Part shown: positions 10,900 to 38,899 of the stretch, in pieces | How the letters are laid out: each line of letters begins with the position of its first letter | Position numbering within the stretch: position 1 is the first letter of the stretch | NCBI GenBank assembly: GCA_020137815.1 | Contig: CM035353.1 | Location: 7,936,001 to 8,000,000, forward strand | Reading direction: 5' to 3' | DNA from: Hormiphora californensis | Taxonomy: Eukaryota > Animalia > Ctenophora | DNA length: 64,000 nt | Translations under genes and position numbers: made by a program | The notes under the pieces: generated by a model | The model's input: the letters and a program-made list of their open reading frames with translations, nothing else | Told to the model about the DNA's origin: nothing | Databases searched by the model: none

Positions 10900-13800
10900 G
10901 ACCCTTGCTTTGACTGTGGTAGCCTTCGGGTAAAATTGTCCCCAAGGGGGGGCCCCAAGGGGCCCAGCGGATTTCCCCCTTTAAGGAAAGCCGAAAATTT
11001 TGGAATTTTTCCCCTAGGGGGGCCCCAATAAAATTTTGGAAATTTGTAAAAACCCCCCATTTAGGGTGGTTTTTCGGCAACCTTTTGATGATGGTTTCCC
11101 GGGTAGGGGGGGGCCCCCCTTTTTTAAAGTTGAAACTTTCCCCCCGGGCCCTTTGACTCTAGTTTTAAATTTTCAGTTTTTTTCCCATGCCGGGCCAGGG
11201 GAACGGGAAAAGGGTCTTGGAAAAGTTTAATTTCCCCCCCTTGTGGGGGGAAAGGGGGGGTTTTTTATTTATTTTCCCTTTTTTCTTGTTTTTCCCAGGG
11301 GAAGCCCGGTCCTTCCCCCCTTCCCCCCCCCTTCTTTAAAAATTCCCCCGGGTTTTCCGGCCTTTGGGGGAAAATTCCAAACCCTTTCCGCCCCGGGTTG
11401 TTTTGTTACCCCCGGGGTCTAAAATTTTCCCTTTTTAAAAAAGGGGCCCCCGGGGGGAAAAGTTTTTTGGGGGTTGGTGTGGTTAAATTTCCGGGGGGGT
11501 TCTCAATTGGCCACCCCCCCCCGGAAAACCCTTTTTTCCCCCCTTTTTTTCCTTGGGAGCTTTTGGGTTTTTTTCCCGAAAAGGGTTCTGGTGATCGCTT
11601 TAAATCCTGTGGTGGTTGGTGTCCCCTTGGGCCCTTTTGCTCGTTTTTTTTTTCCCCCCTTTTTTTTTTCCCGGGGGGGGTTTTATCCCCTTGTTTTCCC
11701 CCCGTTTTCTATTTCATGGGGTTTTATGGTTCCCCCCTTTTTTTTCCCGGGTTTTAAAGCCCCTTAAAAAACCTTCTTCCCGCTTTTCCCTCTGTTCCCC
11801 AGTTTTCAATTTTTGGGGGGTCCTTTTTTCGGTCTTTTGGTACGGTAGTGGTTTTTCCCAGGTGTCCCCAAAATTTTCGTAAAATCGTTTTTTCCCCCCG
11901 TTTTTTTCCCGGGTGGTTTAAAATTTGGGGGGCTTGGCATTCTTTGAACAAAGGGGGGTGCCCGTTTGGGCCCTCCCCCCTTTTCAATTGGACTGGTTCC
12001 TTTTAACCGAAAATTTTTTTTCCTTTGGGGGTTTTGTTTTTTTTGGCCCCCCCCCCCCCTTTTTTTTCCCGCGCGTTTTTTCGCCCCTTTTTTTTTTCCC
12101 CCCTTTAAAAAAAAAAAAACCCCCCCAAAAAAAAATTTCTAATGTAAAAAAATCTAAAAAAAAAAAATCGTTTAATTAATTTCCCAAAATTTGGGTTTTT
12201 TACCCCGCCACGCTTTTGGGAAAAATGATTTTTTTTCCCTTTCGGGTTTTTTTTGGGGGGATTGGTTCCGCTTTTCCCCTTTCTTTTTTTTTTTTTAAAA
12301 AACCCCCAAAAAAAAATTTTCAAAATTTCCCGGGGGGAACTAAAAATTTCAAAATTTTTCCAACTTTAAAATTTTGGGGATTTGGGATTTTCCTTTCCCT
12401 TTTGGGACTTTTCCCCCAAATTTCCCTTTTTTGGAAAGGGGTCCAAAATTTTTCCCTCCCCCCTCCGGTCCGCTTTAAAAACCCCTCCCACCATTTGGGG
12501 GGGTCTGAATTCGTTTTTGACGTTGGTTCAAATGAGAGACCCCCGGCCCTCCGTTCCAAAACATTCGAAGCCTTCGTTGTGGGGGCCGTGCCCTGAGGGG
12601 GTTTGGGGAGAATGGGCACCCCCCCAAAAAAAGGAAAAGGGGGGGGGAAAAGGGGAGATTTTTTCCAGGGGGAAGGATTTTTCCCATGGGTTTTGGGGTT
12701 TCTTAAAAAAGGGATTTCTGGGGGTTAAAGGGGGTTCTGAAAACGGTTTATTGGTTTTTTTTAAAAAAGGGTTAAAAAAAAATTTTTCCCTCCGCCCGTT
12801 TTTTTCTTTCCGGTTTTTCCCCCTTTCCCCCCTCTTTTTTCCCGGGGCCCTTTTCTTTTTTTCCCCCTTCCCCTCTTTCCCCCTTTTCCGGGGGTGGCCT
12901 CTTTTCCCCCCCCCAAAAGGGGGGAAACCATTCCCCTCGCAAGGCCCCGGTAAAGGGCCAAAAAGGGCCCCTACCCCCACCCCTGTGGGGGGGAAAGAAG
13001 GGGCGCCTAAAGTTTCCCCTTTGTGTTTTTTTTTCCTTTCCCCTTTTTTGGGTTTTTTAATGTTCCCCCAATTTTAACCTTAAAGTTTGTAAAACCCCCA
13101 GGGCCCCCTCGCAATTTTCTTTTTGTCTTTAAAAACCTTTTGGGTTTTTTAATCCTTTCCCCTTTCCCCTTTTCCCCTTTCGCCGTCCCGTTTTGCGGGG
13201 TTCGCCCTAAAATATGTTGCCCCCCCCCTCCCCTTTTCGCCCCCCCCCAAAATTGGGCGGGTTTTTTGGGCTTTTTTTGTCCCCAAACTTCTCCTACCCT
13301 GGTTGTTTAATTTGGGGTACTTTTCTTAGGGGTTTTTTTGTCCCTTTTCATTTAAAACCGGGGGGGGGGTTTTCTGGGGGCCCCCCGGGGTAACTTGGGG
13401 CCCCCTTTATTTGGGGGAAAAAGTTTCGGGGGGTTTTTTTTTTTGGGGTTTGGGTTTTTCCTTTTGTCAGAATGCCGTTTCCCCCCTTTCTAAAAAATTC
13501 TTGCGCCCCGCCCTCCAAAAAAATTTTTTTTGGGGGGGAAGGGGGGGGAGGGGGGGGTTGGGGAACAAAAATCGGGTTTCCCCTTTCGGTTATTTGTTTT
13601 TTTACCTCCCCGCCCCTTTTTGGTTCGGGGTGTTGTTTGGGCTTGCTTTTGGTTTTTTTTTTAATTCCTTGAAAAGGGAGGGGCTGTCGGTTTTTTGTTG
13701 TTCCCCCTTTCCCCGGACTCGGAAAGGGGGGCCCCCCGGTCTGGTTGTCTAAAAATTCCGGGGTTTTGGGGTCAGGCTTCCCCCCCCCAAAATTGGTTTT

Positions 13801-16800
13801 TCGCGTTCTTAAAAAAAAAAGTTTTTCAAAGGGGGAAAAAATTTTAAAGGGGTTTTTTTTTAAATTTTTCTGGGTTTTTTTGGGTTTCGAGGGGGAGGGG
13901 GGGGGAAGGTGGGGTGGGGGGGGCCCGGGGGGGGGGAATGGGGGAAGGCATTTTCCTTTTTTAAAAAAGGGGGGGGAAAAGGGCAAAAATTTTTTTTTAA
14001 AGGGGGGAAGTTTGGGTAGATTTTCTTCTTTTTTTTCCCTCTTTCTCTCCCCCTTTTCCTCTTCTTTGCCCTTTTAAAAACCCCTTTTCCCCTTTTTTGG
14101 CCCCTTAAAACTTCTTTGAGCCTGCTACCCCTTGGGGGTTTTTCTTTTCGTTTAAATTGAGTTTTCCCCCTAAAAGGGGGGGGGCCCCGCCGGGGGGCCG
14201 TGGGGTCCCTTCCAAAGGGGGGGGGGGAGGGTCAAGGGTTTAAGTTTGGGGAAAAAAAATTTAAACGCAATAATTAAAAAAATAAAGTTTACGCCCCCAA
14301 ATTTAACCGCCCCACTTTAACCCCGCCCTTTTTTGGGGAAAGAAGGCCACAAGGGGGGTTTATTTTTTAGACCGACCCAGACAAAATTTAAAAAATCAAT
14401 TTTTTTTAATGGCCCCGAAACCACAAAAAAAAAAATTTTTAAATTTTGGGGTTTCCCGGGTCCCCAAACCCCAGAAAAAAAAAAAAAAAAGGGGGGGCAA
14501 AAGCGCTAATTCATTGAAATGTGAGAGCCATGAAAACCCTGTGTATGTTTTAGTAGCTCAGTGGTGTTTTTTAATTTTTTTTGTAATGGTATACTTTCGT
14601 GGCAAACGCAAAAGGGGGCCCCCTCCCCTCCCCCTAAAACTTTTCCCCAAAAAGTGGGCCCGCTTTCAAAAGGTAGAAAAAATTTTTAAGTTTTAGCCCA
14701 TTTGGCACTTTTCGCCCCCTCCTAACCCGGAACCAGATAGCTAGGAGGGGAAATTTGGTACTAAGAAAACTTCAAAGCCCCTTTCTGACGGGAAAAATTT
14801 TAAGAGGAAACCATTTGGCGAAGTAACACCACCCCCAAAACAAAAATTCAGGTGGGAAGGATTGACACGCGCTGGCAACCAAAGGGGCCCCCCCCCCTCC
14901 CCAAAAAAATTTCCCAAAAAAGGGGCCCCTTTCCAAAGCGTAGATATAACAATTTTGAAGTTTTTTTGCCCATTTTTTTGGAAATTTTCGACCCCCAACC
15001 CAAACCCCGAGGAGAACTGAAATTGGTACCAAGAAGCTTTAATAGACCTCTACTGAGGTAAAAATTTCAATATGTCATTTCCTGTCGCAAGTTATGACAC
15101 CACCCCCAAAAAAAAATCAGGTGGGAGAAAAATAAATAGATAAATAGACCTTCATGTGTAAACTTTTGCCTGAAAAATATAGAAGACTTGAACCAAATTT
15201 TTTATCCCTTGGAAATCGTTTGGGGCAGCAAGTAAGGGGGAGGAAAGCTACTATACGCCGAATGACGTCACAAAGTGACTCTTTTAAAAATCTCAACCTA
15301 ATTTTTTAAACGCCCCTTCACCCATCAAAAATTATTCGATTCCCGAGTGACGAAACGTTAGGGGGCAAAGCTGAACTTTCAGATACCGATCGCTTTTCTC
15401 TAAATTGAATTTAACTTAAAAAACGCTCGGAAATCAAAAATTTTGGGAAAAACCACAAAAAACCAATTTTGTGCAAACTTTCAGTTTTTGAACCAGGGGC
15501 CCTTTTAAAAATTTTTTCCCGTTTAGTGTTCTTGGCCGAAAATTCGAAATTTTTTTTGTCTTGAAGTCACTGGGGACGTACGACGTCCCCAAAAGACGTC
15601 GAAATTTTTAAAAATTTCAAATCAGTTTTTCCCACAACCCAGGATCAGAAAAAAAATTTTAAACCCTTTTTTCAATTAGCTTTGTTTTTTTGAGGTCATT
15701 TAAAGACCTCAAACGACCAAAAAAGAGTCAAATTTAGAGCAAAACTAATTGAAATTTGTTCGCCAGAAAAGGGGGCCCCTTTGAAAATCCTTCATTTTGA
15801 CTTGGGGGTTGAAGGCGGAAAAATTTACGGATACCTCGTCTTTGAAGCCTCCCCCAAGGGGACGGAAAGAAGGGGAAGCAAAAGGGCCATTTTGGCGAAC
15901 AATTTTAATTGTTTTTTCTTAAAAAGTAAATATAAATTTAGATAGATTGACGCTTCACGTGAAAACTTGACCCGAAACCCAAAGCAGAGACTTACCAAGT
16001 TTTTTTCCGTATAATGTGCGGGGGCATTTTTTTAAGTTTCAATGAAAGGCCACAAAGGGCGAAGGGCCACAAATGGGGATTGAAAAATTAGACCAAATTT
16101 TCAAACGCCTTTAGCACCCCAAGACTTTTCCAATTCCCGATTTTACGGAAAAACGTTAGGGGAAAAGTTGAATTTTGAACAAGCAAACAAATTTTCTTTT
16201 TGCCCTTTTAAAGGCGGAACCCAAAAATTTTATGTGAAAAAAAACATAAAAAAATCCATTTTCGGCAAAACTTAGTTCGATCCTGGCCTTTAAAAATTTT
16301 TTTTTAAAAGTTTAGTGCTTCAGCCGAAAGCTGTCAAATTTTTTACGTCGGGAGACTGGAGTCACGAGCAAAAAGACGATTTGGGGTTAATTTTAAACCC
16401 CTTTTGTTGGAATTGCCCTTGTTTGAGGCCAAAAGACCCAAAGACCAAAAAAGAAAAATTAGAGAAAAAATTTTTAATTTGTTCGCAGAAAGGTGGCCCC
16501 CTTTTTAAATTTCCCCCTTCATCCCCACCCCTTTATTTTTAAGGCGGAAAAGTTTTGGTACCCCAAGTTTTGAACCTCAACTAAAGGGAGGAAAGAAAGG
16601 GGGCAAATGGGCCCCTTTTTGGGGAATAATTTCAATTAGTTTTTGCTCTAAATCTCTATAATATTAAATGCCAAGTTTCCACCTTCAGGGAACGAGTGAA
16701 CTGGATATTATTGGAGGAGGGGGGGGGGGGAATGAACCTTGAAACAGGAGAAACTTTCACGAGATTTACGAAACGGAAATTAAAATTGGAGTTCGGGTTT

Positions 16801-19750
16801 TAAAAAAAGAGCGATTTTTCAACGAAAACACGTTTACTATTCAAAAAAATTAGTACACAATTGAAAAATGCAAAAAATTTGGACCTTAAAAATTGGGTTT
16901 GGTATAAATTTGGAGAGAAAGGGTTCGAAGCCTAAAAGAGGCTGCAACAAACCAATGAGCTTTTTTTAGAAAATAGCTTCTAAACCGCCCACCTGCAGGT
17001 TAAGGGGAGCGGGGGTGCGCTAGAGTTTTTAAAAATGAAACCCCCCCGACTCTTTATGTTTTTGTTGGGGGGAAAAACGGGTTTGAAAACCCCTCAAGGG
17101 GGGAAAGACTTCACCTCACAGACCCAGGACGGCAGGGGTGCTCCCGGTCCCAAAATGGGGAAGAAGAAAATCCCCTTTTTAAAAAGGAAAAAAACCCTCC
17201 AACCCCCTTCTTTGTATAACACCGGGTTGGGAAAATGGAAGGGGTAATGGTCCATTCTCCATTTTTTAAATGGCCCATTCTTTTACAGCTGGGGTTTCAC
17301 CCTTCTCCCACAGGATGTGGACGGGGCAGACTGATAGGGGGAGGAAGGTAAAAATGGAAAAAAGGGCTTTGGGGGGTGGTTTTTAAAAAAAAATATTTAA
17401 AATTCTACATAAAGGTTCCTTTTCTTTTTTTAGTAATAGGGATGAAATCCAAAAAGGGGGACCCAAAAAGTTAGAATTCAAAATCTTAAAATTCCCCAAA
17501 GTTAGGACCATTTTTGCAACAAGGGAATAATTTAGGGGGAAAAATTTTTAGAAACAAGGACAAATTTATAGGGAGGACCGGGGAAAGGATTTTTTTCTAC
17601 TCAGGCGAAGACCGTGGAGTGAATAAATATTTGGGGTTGGGGCACCTGTCTTTTTCACCCCCAAAGAAAAGGGAAAAGGATACCGATCCCCCAGTAAATT
17701 TTCACAGATATAAAAATTTTTTTTTCTTTATTTTAGGTGTAAGGGTTCAACAGGAAAACCCCCATAAGAGGGAAAACCAGATTCTTTTGGGGTTTGAGTT
17801 TGGCGCTAAAGGATTTATAAAGCTGCCTACCCACTTCACGATGGGCCATACGAAACAGGTGCAATTAAAATGCATGAAACATGTGATATAGAAAATGGAG
17901 ATGGGGGTGTGTTATCAGTGTTTTAGATTATATTGGAAATCCATCCCCTTTCTCCCCCAGTAACCCTGCACCGAGTGATTGGAAACTCAGGTTTTATAGT
18001 TAGAAACCCCCCACAGATGATGAGAACCTTTTTCATGTTAGAACCCAAACCTGCCTGAGTGATAAGAAGTGTTTTTTCGTTAGAACCCCAAAAACCTGAC
18101 GAGGAAGGAAAGGGGTGGTTTTAAAGAACAATCCTGCCTGGTTATGGGCGCTTTTTTCATAGTTAGAACCAATCCCCCCATGAGTGATAGAGAGCTGCTT
18201 GTTTTCAATTAGAACCAATACCCCCACGGGTAGGAAGGCGTGTTTTATAGTTAAAAAAAAATGCACTGATGATATGGAGGCTGTTTTTTTCTAGTTGAAC
18301 CAAACCCGCACTGAGTGATATGGAAACTCTTGCGGGGGCCAAGGAAGCTGTTTTCATAGTTAGAAAAACCAATACCCGCACGATGTATGGAAATGCTTTT
18401 TTTCATGTTAAACCTCCTCCCTGGGATATGAGAAGCTGCTTGTTTTCATAGTTAGAACCAATACCTGCACTGAGTGTTGGGGGCTTTTTTTTTCAAGTTT
18501 GAAAACCCAAAAACGAAGAGTGTATGAGAAACTGTTGGTTTTTAAGTTAGAACCAATCCTGCCCCATGATTGAGGTTTGTTTTTTATTTAGAACCCAAAA
18601 CCTGCACTAGGAATGAGAAGGCCTTGTTTCGAGAAAAACCTCCCCAGAGGATATGAGAAGCTGGGTTTTTTATAGTTAAAACCCAAAACCCACACGAGTG
18701 AATGGAAAACTGCTTTTTTTCTAGTTAGAAAAAATACCGCAGAGTGAATGAGAAGCTGCTGTCTCAAAGAACCCAACCGCGAAACCCTTTCCTTGCGCGC
18801 TCGATCTTAAAACTAAGTTTGCTTTCCAACCCGCATTAGCTCCCTCTACAAAGTTTTCTCACACAGGGATTTAACAGGGGGCAAACACAGCGATGCCCAA
18901 ACACCGACACTCCCCGGTTTTCTGGGGTAGTTTCCCGCGATGGGAACAAATCCAAACCCCTCAATCGATACGATGTATTTGGTAAAAGGTCGCCATGTAC
19001 TTCGCATGGCAGGGAAAGCTTTCCTTTTCTTTACCTGATCTCTCCTCTCATACTCCCTGCGGGGAAAATAAAATTTAAAAAAACAAAAACTAAGTGTTTT
19101 AAAGGCATTTCAAGGCCAAAATTTTTAAAAAAGGAAAAACGAAAAAAGAAAAAACTGTTCAAGATTAAAAAAATAAATTCTATCTGTCACACACACTAAT
19201 TAATTGCTCAAAAGACGTACAAACTTAAAGAAGCGGGGTGGGACTTCATTTCCATTCCCCGAGATTCTCAAATATCTCTGTGTTTTTTATGTTTGTCAAA
19301 CACTTTTGGAAAAGTTTCCCCCCCTTACTGGATACATCCCTTCCCTGTCCGTGAACCCCTCACCCATACCCGAACCAGGATCACGGGATCACTTGCTGAG
19401 TTGAGGACAGGGAACACAAACCCATAGATGAACACCTGTACCCTGTCCAGTATGTATTGTGATCCAGCTGCACTATACTTGCTCCACCCCATTGAGATGT
19501 AGATAGCGTTAGGAAGGCCAATAACCAGGCTCACTACTGCCAGAATGATGACAGTGATAGAAACTTGGGTCTGTAGAGAATCCAACAGGAGGCCGCACTT
19601 TTCCCCAAAGGGAAAACCTGGACAAATAGGGAAAAATGGCAGGAAGGGAAAAAACCCCCCCCAAAGGGGGAAATAGAACTTCGGGGAATAGGGTATATCC
19701 CCCGAAAAAATTGTTTTGCATCCCGAAAAGGGGTCTGTATTTAAAACTTA
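10900..19750. other. Homopolymer-inflated low-quality sequence, probable basecalling/assembly artefact
   Basis: Runs of all four bases dominate, and all ORFs are F/K/G/P-rich nonsense. The degradation fades gradually and corrupts the middle of a recognisable GPCR ORF. Confidence 0.8.
17960..18780. repeat. Noisy ~50-bp tandem repeat
   Basis: Recurring consensus GTTTTCATAGTTAGAACCAATACCTGCACTGAGTGATATGAGAAGCTGCTT. Confidence 0.7.
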
Positions 19751-20303
19751 TCAGTCTAATCTTCATCCATCAACAAGTATTAATCCCGGGTTTTTGGGAT
19801 GACCGTCCTGCCACTCCGGTCCACGCTAGGGTCCACACTAAGATGAGGAGTCCTATCCATAGCTTCCTGACCCGGGTAAAGGGGCTGGCTATATTGATAG
19901 TCCGTACTATTGACATTACCATGGCGATGAAGAGGGGCACCCTAGTTACCACGATGGTACCCATGTAACCAATATACAGGGCGGGTATGTTGTTAACACA
20001 ACTGTTGTTAACCTCAGAGGTACTGTGGATCCCTACACTACTTGTCAAATCCCTCAGTTGGTAGTTCGCAGTACTGCAATCCTTCAGCACTGTTAACGCT
20101 AGGAGGACAAAGTAAATAGCGTTCAGCCCCACCAGAACATCAAATAGTCCCATTAGTTTGTAGAGGAATGGTACTGTCCCTGGTTTCCTCCAGTAGAATG
20201 TGACTGTGATGCAGCTCCCTAGTATGGCAATCAGTGCCAGGGTGACTGTAACAATGTAAAGGATGGTTGTCTCGGTGAATGACAGTCCATAGAATTCCAA
20301 CAT
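19325..20303 (-). CDS. Intronless rhodopsin-class 7TM GPCR, frame broken in the artefact zone
   Basis: ORF 19770-20360 gives TM1-4 (LFD in TM2, SIVRTINIASPF at the TM3 end). ORF 19325-19585 gives TM6-7 (GLPNAIY, LNSASDPVIL). Probable ATG at 20303. Confidence 0.7.
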
Positions 20304-20386
20304 CTTGGGGGCTACAAAATAAAGGGTTAACAAAGTAGCACAAGATTCAAGATTCTTCATTTTTGTAATTCTACCTAAATTTTCAG

Positions 20387-34234
<13,848 letters not shown>

Positions 34235-35250
34235 AGACACCAATAATTGTAGCAGAACGTGCTACAGGCCGTGTTACTCAACATCCATTTGACGCTGTAT
34301 GGAAGCTTGCTGGACCCTCTCTTAAACCTGCAAAACTAATGAAATCAAGGTCTAGAGACAATAATAAGAAATACTAGATGAGGAAGCGGGTGTTGGACAT
34401 GTTGGTGGTTATGGACTGAACTGTCATAGTGTTATGAGTCAATATATTCCCAGTGTGTCATTGTTAATGATCGATCCATTATTCATTGTCAGCCCATATT
34501 GTTTCATGATTATTTGTCTGAGAGGTAAAATTGATCTTCCTCCCTGTGCTTGCAGCTTGGTGACGCCATCACCTCTCTGCTTACAACTCAGCCCGCTTGG
34601 CGGGCTTCGTTTTCGTGCGCTACGCGCGCGAGTTGTAAGGGTGACTGCGTCACCAAGTGCTCAGCTGCTATACAGCAACTCTGCCACTCTCATTTTAGCA
34701 AGTAATGTACCGTACTCTTTGGGATGTTGTTAAGTGGGATGAGGGAGTGGGATGAGGATCCACATGGTCATTGACAAGATTGGATCTGAAACACAGCAAG
34801 CTGACACAAACAGGTATCATGGTGTTACATAGATTTGTATAGTTAGTTTACTACAACTACTCCTAGGCTGTATTTACTTGTGTTTTTAATGCTGCAGTGT
34901 ATATACACTGCAATATCAATTCGACGGCATTACCGCACTTTAGCTGCATTCCTGAACGCTAAATGTAGATTCAATCATCTATATCGATTATACAGGGTGG
35001 CGTGGTGTTGTGATTAGTTGTTCTCCCCCCCCCTCCTACCCCCTCCTACCCCCTCTACAAATTAGTTGTTCAGCTCATCATTACCCCTCAATGAGGGGCA
35101 CCTCATACAACACTATCACACAATTATTACTCAAACACTCTCTTGACTGCTGCAGATCTCACCTGTCGCGATGTGTTGTCTATTTCCGATGTTCACTCAT
35201 TGCTTTCTTCACGATACTGCTGCAAGATGTTTGGGTATCTATTACGCGTT

Positions 35251-35324
<74 letters not shown>

Positions 35325-36024
35325 CTCTCTTTTGTAGTGCGATTACTTAGCTAGCACGTCTTTGTATGACCAACAGCAATACTACACACATTTGGGGAAA
35401 GCAACTCCTAGTTTGTTCTAAGACTCTTCTTTTGATTTGAAGAATTGATCTTCTGCCATTTGACACAGTGACGTGCTTCCAATCTAGCGCTCTGATTAGC
35501 CACACTTGTGTGTCTTCTTACCGTATTCAACCCAAACTGTTTGTTGAAAAATCAAAACAGTTTTCTCACTACACGCAACCTTGATCAATCCTTCTAACAT
35601 TATTCTCTTGGTTTTCTCTAAGAATTTATCTCCTTTTGACATAATTCTCTTGGTTTTCTCTAAGAATTGATCAATCCTTCTGACATTGTTCTTCATCTAC
35701 CCCCACATTCCAGATACCATTGTCAACATATTATTTCCAACACACTCCTCATTGTATTCACACCATTGTTCATTGATTAGCAACCCCCACTGTTCATTGA
35801 ATCGAGGCGTCTATAATTCCCTCCCTCCCCCACGTGATATAAAGCTATTGTGTGGGTGTAATTTATATAGTGGGTGCTTCACCAAATTTCTTACGATCTA
35901 GACATTGATACCTGATAGTTGTTGACTGTTCCTTTGGTACATATATTACCAGTTCTATAATACATCTAAATTCTAAAACTCTTCCCACAGAACTGCAGCA
36001 TGGTCCTGTTGTTGATATGATGTG

Positions 36025-38277
36025 ATGCCCAGTCATGACAGGGATCCTATATTGGAAGAAGAACAAGATACTACAGGTACATGTTACTGTGTGGGGGTGT
36101 CTGAATAGTTTGATACAATGCTATAATACCCTTGCAAATCATATAATATTGTGAAACCCTCCACAGCCCCAAACTAACCACATCCCATATCTAACTAATC
36201 AGGTGGTGGTGTTACCTCTCTAACATCCTCCACTACACCCAACAATGAGGAACTACTGCAGTACCAGTTTGAGGAGGGTGGGGACCCCGAGGATGAGGTC
36301 ACAGTCTCAGAGTTCCTAGATCACGCGGGATACAAGGGAACTAACCTACTGATCACTGCAGGGTAGGTGTAACACTCAGTAGTTTCAATGTTGCACCGCC
36401 CAGAGCAGAGATGTTTCCCGATATTGTTTTCTCTCCTTGTTAACTTTTATAGTGTTTTTGAGTAACCCCCAACAAGTTTAGTAAATGATTCTCTATCTCT
36501 ACAGGAGTGGTGTAGCTGTGTTCCAGTATGGTAGTCTAATCACATATGTCAACCTACTCTGTTCCTATCTGATGTGTGAGGGGGACTTCAGCCAGACCCA
36601 GGTCATAGCTGTCAAGGTCCTGACCATCTTCGGAGTTATCATAGGTAGGAGAGAGTGGGGAATATTGGTAGCAGTGGGAGTGTGGTGGAGTGTGGAGAGA
36701 GGGGGTGTGGGACTGTGGGGAGTTATGGTTTATAACTGTGGGAGTAAACATTTGTAATTTCTCCCACAGCCCACTGAAACAGCTGGGCCTGCATATCTCA
36801 TCATCTCAAACAACATATATCTCCCTCCCAGGACTGCCCCTGAGTGGTATGATATCTGACAAGATTGGGAGGACTAAGGTGGCTGTATTTGGAGCCTGGT
36901 TCACCCTCATAACCTGGTTCCTTGCCTCCTTCAGTACCTCCCTGCTAGTTCTCACTCTCTTCGCTGTTGGTGTGGGGTTCTCCGCTCTGCTGACTCCTTC
37001 TATAGTTAATGCTATCGAGTTTACCTCTCTCTACCAACACTCACGGTATAGTGTTTTATGTAGTGATCTAGAAGTGTGATCTGTAGTGATCTAGAAGTGT
37101 TTAATGTAGTGATCTAGAATTGTGCATTCTTAGGACCAGATATTCAACAACACCGGCTTTACATTCCCCCTCTCAAGTTCAATTTCGCTCTCAACAATTT
37201 ATCCCCCCCCCCCCCCATTATTAATCTACCTTCTTTTCAGGGTAGCACTGGTGTTTTTCAGCCAGTACTTGTTAGGTCAGATCTGGACGGTCTGTGTGTT
37301 TCTCCTTCTCATCCAATACATACACTGGACCTTTGTAGCGTGGATCCTGGCTCTACCAATAATATTCCTAGTGGTGTGGTTCCATTACCTACCTGACTCT
37401 CCCATGTAAGTACAAGTTATACCCTGAGAGATATTATCACTAGGTGACCCCCAATTTCGAGGTGACCCACCCCTGGGTAATGTCAACTAAACAACCCCCC
37501 CCCCCCCTCAGGTTTATGGCAGTATCAGGCAGGGAGGAGCGTGCCTACCATCTCCTACTCTCTCTACACCAGGCTAATTCTGTCCCAATGAAGAGAGGGA
37601 AACTCCGACACGCTGAGATACCATCTAGGGGGGAGTGCTGTAGTCCCTGCTCAATAGACAATCTCCGTGCTTCACTTCTCCTAGCAACACTCTTCTTTCT
37701 TCTCGCATACGCTTACTATGGATCGTCTTATGGACTGCTAATGTCAATAGATAAGACAAGTTACTGTAACACCAAGATATCAATGACTGAGTGCTGGAGT
37801 GGGACTGAAACCATTCTCCCCTTTATCTTCTCTATCATCCCCGACTTTATTGGGTTGCTAGTTGGTTTGTTTGTAGCAGAAGCATTCTCTAGACGGGTCT
37901 CCATTATCTCCCTCTCTGTTACTGGAGGTGTAGTGGCTCTCCTGGCTGCACTGGTCTGTCTGGGCGGTACTGTGATGATGGTGGAGCTCTCCATTATCAG
38001 GGGAGTAGCATATGGAGCCATAGTAGTGGCATATCTATACGCGTTAGAGTGGTACCCTGTTAACAACCGTAATCTATCCTTCAACTTTCTCTTTATATTC
38101 GGGTTAGTCGCCATGTACATAGCTGGGTCCACTACATATGGGCTGAGAGACTGGACAGTAGCTATATTGGTACTGATAGTGATATTGTTTGCACTGTCAG
38201 TCCTGGTGGCCATCTTCCTAGAGAAGGGTCGAGATGTAGACAAGTCATTGGGAGAACAACAACCATTATCGTCTTGA
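36025..38277 (+). CDS. Major facilitator superfamily transporter (SV2/SVOP-like), 6 coding exons
   Basis: Exons 36025-36076, 36203-36362, 36505-36644, 36832-37045, 37241-37405, 37512-38277. MFS motif A (GMISDKIGR), PDSP after TM6, AEAFSRR, EWYPVNNR. Confidence 0.85.
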
Positions 38278-38899
38278 TCAAATAATATATTGACTTTTAA
38301 ATTTTGTTATTTTCAATACGGTATATTGTCTGTAGGAGTTTGTTTGTACATGTTTAGTTCTGTGTTCTCTTATTCTTGCAGATGAGCTGTTTTTATAAGT
38401 CACAGCTACTAATTACTAATTGCCATGCCACTGATCACATGTCACAGTTCTATTATCATGTTCCCATCATTCCCTTTCATTAATTGGGTGTGGTCCACTT
38501 TGCTGCACGGGTTAATAAAAAGAGTGGTCTCTATAACCAAGTCTTGTTGGTATTTGATTTCTATTTGGTCCACTTCGCCACGTGGTCCGTATTATACCCA
38601 TGGTGCCGAGATGTTTAGTTCTTTGTATTATGGGTCGCGGATTCTAGACTTTGAAAGAAAATGAAGACCAGGGATCCTCATTAAACTACTATCCCAATTA
38701 GGGAAAATGAAATATATATAGGCTACCCGGACCACGTGGAAATATATGATAGGTTTTCATCTCACCCACATCAAACTACTACACAAAACTCCCAAACACT
38801 GTTTGAACCAGTAAGCGTGGCTTGTTGATGCATCACGTGAGGGAGCTGGGTTTAAAAGAGTTCATCTCATTCAGTCGGTCACACTAAATATATTCCAAT

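Noticed and set aside
10824-19404. Dozens of F/K/G/P-rich ORFs, and possible G-quadruplex or RNA-editing cryptogene
   Set aside because: All four homopolymers are inflated and the damage extends into a normal GPCR, which is best explained as sequence error.
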